A DNA stretch of 64,000 bases from Candidatus Adlerbacteria bacterium. Lineage in GTDB: Bacteria; Patescibacteriota; Minisyncoccia; Phycocordibacterales; SBAW01. Under the pieces are notes generated by a model that saw nothing but the letters and a program-made list of their open reading frames with translations, had not been told where the DNA came from and made no database searches. The position numbers and the translations under genes were made by a program. Positions 58,025 through 64,000 of this stretch are shown piece by piece. The stretch is from contig CAVVLG010000002.1 in NCBI GenBank assembly GCA_963749085.1, forward strand, positions 370,085 to 434,084. The letters run 5' to 3'. Numbering within the stretch: position 1 is the first letter of the stretch; each line of letters opens with the position of its first letter.

Positions 58025-58187
58025 AGTTTCGAAACTATATCAAAGGAAAAGTGCCTTTACCAGTTATCCACACATTTCTCAAATTCGGCTAAAAAACCCT
58101 TGCACTCTGAGCTGAGGGGGGTATAGTAAAAAAGTTTTCTGAGGATTGTCCTCAAATTTTGTCAGTAACTAACAATGCACATCAGAG

Positions 58188-58631
58188 ATGCAAACAACAA
58201 GTGCGCTCCGGGAAATAGTCCCGAGTAGCGCGGTAATCGGGCTTGATGACGAAGCAATTCGTCGCGATTATGAGGAGCAGGGCGCGTGGGGTCTTCTCAC
58301 GTCTATCGACCTGCATGAGTGCGATAGAGAGACAGTGCGCGATGCCGAGGCTATAAAACGCTTCGTGGTTGAGTTATGCGAGCGTATCGACATGAAGCGT
58401 TTTGGAGAGTGCACGGTCGTCAATTTCGGCGAAGATGAGCGCGTGGCGGGCTTTTCGATGTTTCAACTCATCGAAACCTCCTGCATCTCGGCACACTTTG
58501 CCAACCAGACGAACACAACCTATCTCGATATTTTCTCGTGTAAATACTATACGCCAGTCGAGGCGGCTGAGTTCGCCAAGGAATTCTTTGGTGCCTCAGA
58601 GTATAACCTGACGTATACGCTCAGGAAGTAG
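58188..58631 (+). CDS. speH: S-adenosylmethionine decarboxylase proenzyme (pyruvoyl-dependent, class 1B)
   Basis: 147 aa; WGLLTSIDLHECD, FSMFQLIETSCISAHF (E-S/S processing site), YLDIFSC. Confidence 0.85.
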   Translation: MQTTSALREIVPSSAVIGLDDEAIRRDYEEQGAWGLLTSIDLHECDRETVRDAEAIKRFVVELCERIDMKRFGECTVVNFGEDERVAGFSMFQLIETSCISAHFANQTNTTYLDIFSCKYYTPVEAAEFAKEFFGASEYNLTYTLRK

Positions 58632-58644
58632 AGGGGAAGTAAGA

Positions 58645-58680
58645 GCCCCGGCAAGCAAATGCCGGGGCCTTTTGGTGTTT
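58645..58680 (+). terminator. Rho-independent terminator after speH
   Basis: GCCCCGGCAagcaaaTGCCGGGGC followed by cttttggtgttt. Confidence 0.6.
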
Positions 58681-58732
58681 GGGGTTGCTCACCCCTTACA
58701 GATCGAGTTTTTCCTTTTTGTCAGATAAGTTT

Positions 58733-59583
58733 TAGAACCAGTCTCAAAAATAATGTTTGAGTAATAGCATGATGCACGCGAGCTTCACGAAGGCGGCAAA
58801 GTTCTGCAGTTTGTATTCGTAGCGAGTCACGAGCTTTCTCCAGTTGTGCATCCACGCGAACAGCCGCTCAATCTTCCACCGGCGCTTGTAGGAGCGCAGC
58901 GCCCTGCCGTCCTGTGTTGCTCTGCGCACCCGGCCTCTGCGATGCGGTGAAATGAGTTTGATGCGGTATTTGTTCAGGAGCGTTCCATCCAGCGGATCGG
59001 AATCATATGCTCGGTCAGCCGTGAGGCGAAGCGGATTCTGTCGGGTAAATCGCCGGGCAAGCGTGTCTTCAACCAACCGGACTTCGCTCGGAGAAGCAGA
59101 GGCCACATAGACGGCGACTGGAAGAGAGCCTTCGTCCGCAATCGCCATGATCTTGGTGCCTTTCCCACGCTTCGTGGGTCCCACGCCAAGACCCCCTTTT
59201 TTGCCCCCGCGAAGGTGGCATCGAGAAAGCAGCTCCTGAGCTTGATGCGCCCCCGGTATTCCATGTCCATGGCCAGGGCTTCGACGATGCGGTCAAAGGC
59301 GCCGCTCTCCACCCACTGCTGGAACCTGCGATGGCAGGTCTGGTAGGGCGGGTAGTCTTTCGGCAGGTGCTTCCACTGGGCGCCGGTCTTCAGTGCCCAG
59401 AGGATACCTTCCAGTATCTTGCGGTCGTCCTGCCGGGGACGGCCGCGGGTTTCCAAACGCTTGAGGGGTGTGACAAACGGAGCGATGACGCTCCACTGCT
59501 CGTTGGTGAGAGGCATGGGCAGGCAAATTACGGGTAACGCCCTGTGCCTTTAGTCTACAACGGTATTTTTGAGATTGGTTCTA
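58733..59583 (-). mobile_element. IS5-family insertion sequence, copy 2 (inverted relative to copy 1), flanked tTA...TAg
   Basis: OrfA 58974..59516 and OrfB 58744..59184 identical to copy 1. Confidence 0.85.
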
Positions 59584-59742
59584 GGAGCTTTAACCGCCAT
59601 TGGTCTTCGACGAGCTTGTGATGCCGGTCATGGCAGTTCATTCGCTACTCCTCGGTTGCCGCGGGACCACCCCACGAAAAACTATCCTACTGAGCTGAAT
59701 CTACCACGTTCCTTATTTTAAACAATGACTACAGTGGATAAC

Positions 59743-59773
59743 AAAAATCACCCCACATGGGGTAATTTTTGTT
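59743..59773. terminator. Bidirectional hairpin terminator (ACCCCACATGGGGT flanked by A-run and T-run), ~250 nt downstream of 16S 3' end
   Basis: acaaaaatcACCCCAcaTGGGGTaatttttgtt. Confidence 0.5.
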
Positions 59774-60019
59774 AAAAACTGAATACGTAATTGAGTCCAC
59801 ACCTAAGCAAACACCTTTCTCTTGTTCCGCTCTTTATCTATTTTCCGTTCTGTACTCCAAAACGTACTCTGTAGATATCAAGTAGCCATACGTCTCTGTA
59901 TTTACATACAGTGGCCAATAACGAATGCGATTTAGAGTTAGCATCATCACTCTACTTTCCTTGCGGAAAATAATCGCCGATTGAGTTGCACCCTCGTACG
60001 AGAGGCACAACACCATTTC

Positions 60020-61478
<1,459 letters not shown>

Positions 61479-61653
61479 GAATATAAGATTCAGTTACGAA
61501 TCTAGACTCGATGAACGGAACAAGAGAAAAGTGTCTTCTCTTGTTTTTCTTGCTTGCTGCCTTTGCCAGTTGAATGGCAAAGGACTTATTTTTTGATCGG
61601 TGTGATCAATTCTTACAATTTTCTCAATTACGTATTCAGTTTTCAACGAACAA

Positions 61654-61672
61654 GCCCCGCCAGTAGCGGGGC
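61654..61672 (-). terminator. Hairpin GCCCCGC-cagta-GCGGGGC downstream of the 61755..62342 gene and upstream of the 16S promoter region
   Basis: Perfect 7-bp stem; T-content after stem on minus strand only moderate. Confidence 0.35.
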
Positions 61673-61754
61673 TTCTCAAGGAGAGATTACCTACTATCAG
61701 CGAGTCATGAGACCAGTATACTCAGCTCAAAAAAGAAGTCAAGTAACCTTATTT

Positions 61755-62342
61755 CTAGGCCTTTTTTAGATGTTGACGAACCAAGATAAGAATCCACAAG
61801 CTGCAATTGGCAATGAAAAAATAGACTGGGAAGGCTGTACTCGCAAAATCGAAAACACTCGCCGCACCAAGTCCTGTCAATCCGGATAGACCAAAAAGTA
61901 GCCACGCAACAGGTGTTTCAGAAAAAGGCTCCCGATACGATTTAATAAATGTCGGGAGAAATGCAAATCCATCCGCTATAATCGCAAAGCCAAGAGCAAT
62001 TAAAGGATCCCCACTCAGCCACCAGAGTGCTAGCGCCGCAAGAGATAGCGTCAAACATAGCCCATCCCACCACTCAAACTTTGAATATCCGTAGCCGAAG
62101 AGTGCGAACACGAGCACGGTCGAATCCATAAAAAATGTAGTACCTACTAATACGACTGACCAGCTCGGCTCGGCAGTAAATTGAGCAGTGGCGGAAATGC
62201 CGACCGCAAAAGCCCAAATAGACCACGAAACCATATTAGGTCTTGTCTCACCCCGCAGCATATCGCGAATATACGGGACAGTTCCTACAATCATGAACAC
62301 TGCCGCGCCAATCCCAGCCAGTGCGTGCCAATCAAAAATCAT
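61755..62342 (-). CDS. Hypothetical polytopic membrane protein
   Basis: 195 aa, ~6 TM helices. Confidence 0.45.
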   Translation of the reverse strand: MIFDWHALAGIGAAVFMIVGTVPYIRDMLRGETRPNMVSWSIWAFAVGISATAQFTAEPSWSVVLVGTTFFMDSTVLVFALFGYGYSKFEWWDGLCLTLSLAALALWWLSGDPLIALGFAIIADGFAFLPTFIKSYREPFSETPVAWLLFGLSGLTGLGAASVFDFASTAFPVYFFIANCSLWILILVRQHLKKA

Positions 62343-62887
62343 TTTATTTTATTGAGTGCTTCCTCAACTTGTGCAAAAAGTCCCTCCGGGGTGCCGTTGT
62401 TATAGAAAATCTTGTCGGTCATTTGCATAACACCGAGAATATTCATATCGAATTTCTCCTTTTGAGCCAGTTCCCTATCTTCCTGAGCGCAAAATTCCTC
62501 AAATGAAACTTTGTCCGTGCCGCTTCCACGCAAAATGCTCCGCTCATGACGGATCTTTCTATCTGCATCAACTCCCCATAGGAGTGCGCCGTGCGACTTC
62601 AAATATTCAGCTTCACCAATCGAGCGGATGGATTCAATGACCGCGTTACTTTTATCACTGAGTGCCTTGCCTAATAATTGCTCCGCAATATAGCCGGGTC
62701 CGTATGTCTTACGGAAATCATTGCCGACGATATTAGTGCTGTTTCTATTAAGCGGCATGCCGCGACGTTTTATTTCCTCATATAAAAATTCACGCACCGA
62801 ATAGTGAAGAAAATGTCTTTCTTTAACTAAATAATCGACTACCGTACCTTTACCTGCCCCGTTAGTACCCGTGAGACCGATTACCAT
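62339..62887 (-). CDS. P-loop nucleoside/nucleotide kinase-like protein (paralog 1)
   Basis: 182 aa; MVIGLTGTNGAGKGTVVDYL Walker A at N-terminus; paralogous to next gene. Confidence 0.55.
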   Translation of the reverse strand: MVIGLTGTNGAGKGTVVDYLVKERHFLHYSVREFLYEEIKRRGMPLNRNSTNIVGNDFRKTYGPGYIAEQLLGKALSDKSNAVIESIRSIGEAEYLKSHGALLWGVDADRKIRHERSILRGSGTDKVSFEEFCAQEDRELAQKEKFDMNILGVMQMTDKIFYNNGTPEGLFAQVEEALNKIK

Positions 62888-63453
62888 AGTTTTTGATTTT
62901 GAAATACAGTCTGCAGATGCATAAGCGCGGCATCTATCTGGTTTTCAAGGTCGGCAATAGTGCCATTGTTAAGTATCTGGTAATCCGCCCGCAACATCAC
63001 CGCGGCGATGTTTTGCTTGGTAGGATCGGATGAAAACATTTCTCGTTCTTCTTGCGCAATAAACTCATCCATGGATTGCGGCACGGTAGCGCTGCTCAAA
63101 AGTAATGCGCGCTCATAACGCAACTTTGGGTTGGCATTCACAGCAAGAAGGAATCCTCCTTCTTTTTTAAGTTCAGTGGCTTCCCCAACCGCGCGAATAG
63201 ATTCTATTACCGCATCTCCATTTTCTTTCTGGGCCTGCTTGCTGAGAGAGACTACGATATATTCTGGTCCGTGTTCCGAGCGCAATTGGTTACCGATATC
63301 AACCAACGTATCGCGATTTATCGGTAGCCCGTGTTTGCGCACTTCCTCGGCAATAAATTCCCGGACTGAATAATGCTTGAATCCTCTGGATTTTAAATAA
63401 TTTGCAGTCGTCGTTTTGCCTGCACCGAGTGTTCCGGTGACCCCTATTATCAT
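62881..63453 (-). CDS. P-loop nucleoside/nucleotide kinase-like protein (paralog 2)
   Basis: 190 aa; MIIGVTGTLGAGKTTTANYL; shared motifs HYSVREF, AVIESIR, NNGT with paralog 1. Confidence 0.55.
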   Translation of the reverse strand: MIIGVTGTLGAGKTTTANYLKSRGFKHYSVREFIAEEVRKHGLPINRDTLVDIGNQLRSEHGPEYIVVSLSKQAQKENGDAVIESIRAVGEATELKKEGGFLLAVNANPKLRYERALLLSSATVPQSMDEFIAQEEREMFSSDPTKQNIAAVMLRADYQILNNGTIADLENQIDAALMHLQTVFQNQKLW

Positions 63454-63472
63454 TCAGCTATTTTAGCAGACA

Positions 63473-64000
63473 CTACGCCTTGCGGTGAGACCATCTATCC
63501 CACGCAACAAGCAGTGGTGAAGCAAAGAATATAGAAGAATAGGTACCCACTATCATGCCCACCGTGAGTGTAAGCGCGAATACTTGCGTCGAGGCGGGCC
63601 CCAGAAAATAAAGGGCCAGGAGCATGATAACGACCGTGAGCGACGTGTTTATTGATCTCGCAAGCGTCTGTCGGATGCTTTTGCTCACTATCTCGTCAAA
63701 AGGTTCTCGTTTACGCGACTCCTCGCTGAGACGCAGGTTCTCGCGGATTCGGTCAAAGACGACTATCTTGTCGTTTATGGAAATACCCAAGATAGTAAGA
63801 AGCGCTACGATAAAGAGAGAGTCAACTTGAGCGCCCCTAAAGCGCCCCAGGGTCGCAAAGACGCCTACTGGGATAAGTACATCGAAGAGAAGCGTCAGGA
63901 TAGCGATGATACCGTACTTCCACGAAGCCACGGGCTTTGAAACTTTGCGGAAGGCGAAAGCGATAAAAAGGATAATACAGACTACTACGACGCCAAGGGC
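63473..64000 (-). CDS. secF: Protein-export membrane protein SecF (or SecDF C-terminal part), partial - N-terminus beyond window end
   Basis: Frame stays open to 64000; ...ALGVVVVCIILFIAFAFRKVSKPVASWKYGIIAILTLLFDVLIPVGVFATLG...SINDKIVVFDRIRENLR. Confidence 0.8.
   Translation of the reverse strand, partial: ALGVVVVCIILFIAFAFRKVSKPVASWKYGIIAILTLLFDVLIPVGVFATLGRFRGAQVDSLFIVALLTILGISINDKIVVFDRIRENLRLSEESRKREPFDEIVSKSIRQTLARSINTSLTVVIMLLALYFLGPASTQVFALTLTVGMIVGTYSSIFFASPLLVAWDRWSHRKA

Overview
This 64-kb window is mostly coding and reads like a streamlined Candidate Phyla Radiation (CPR) or Patescibacteria-type bacterium; that placement is an inference. A short (~1.46 kb) 16S rRNA gene sits on the minus strand and lacks a recognisable anti-Shine-Dalgarno tail. 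None of the dozen confident gene starts I inspected has a Shine-Dalgarno motif, there are many 4-bp ATGA gene overlaps, and almost all core genes run on the minus strand.

The window divides into five regions:

1. **1-12.8 kb, conserved core.** gatB, obg, secA and murB are all confident. Alongside them are a CcdA/DsbD thiol-disulfide membrane protein, a NUDIX hydrolase, a VRR-NUC nuclease and a mazF-family toxin with a ribbon-helix-helix antitoxin. At the window start there is an unusual pair of membrane-tethered HTH proteins; one carries a giant Thr/Ser/Gly/Asn-rich repeat ectodomain that runs off the window edge.

2. **12.9-37.3 kb, cell-surface glycan cluster (~23 kb).** It holds an O-antigen-ligase-like protein with TPR repeats, GT9, GT2 and GT4 glycosyltransferases, a Wzx-like flippase, GDP-mannose 4,6-dehydratase, a sugar C-methyltransferase, FkbM and other SAM methyltransferases, an epimerase and a cupin. 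Two genes in it (an FkbM methyltransferase and a GT4) are each broken by two closely spaced frameshifts. The cluster ends with a VirD4/TraG-like P-loop ATPase.

3. **37.5-40.5 kb.** rsmI, a MurC/Mpl-type Mur ligase, and an ATE_C-like aminoacyl-tRNA transferase-fold protein.

4. **40.5-46.5 kb, accessory island.** Unannotatable genes: a zinc-ribbon protein, a single-TM 504-aa protein, and a Pro/Thr-linker membrane protein. The island ends in a large-serine-recombinase fragment truncated exactly at a minus-strand tRNA-Leu(CAG).

5. **46.9-59.6 kb, mobile-element region.**
   - A MASE1-type hybrid histidine kinase has its receiver domain cleanly split by an 851-bp IS5-family IS (orfA/orfB joined by an A AAA AAG -1 slippery site, TA duplication in a YTAG target). 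A second identical copy of the IS lies inverted 9 kb away.
   - The bracketed segment carries:
     - relE-like, hicAB and second relE-like toxin-antitoxin pairs;
     - mscL, a DUF389-like membrane protein and a secreted FN3x3 + peptidoglycan-binding protein;
     - two ~125-bp direct repeats;
     - three nested copies of the tRNA-Ile(GAU) 3' end with integrase fragments, which look like stacked, decayed integrative elements;
     - an intact tRNA-Ile(GAU) and speH.
   - The 16S gene is followed by a bidirectional terminator and no 23S.

The window ends with two tandem paralogous P-loop kinases and the 3' part of secF.
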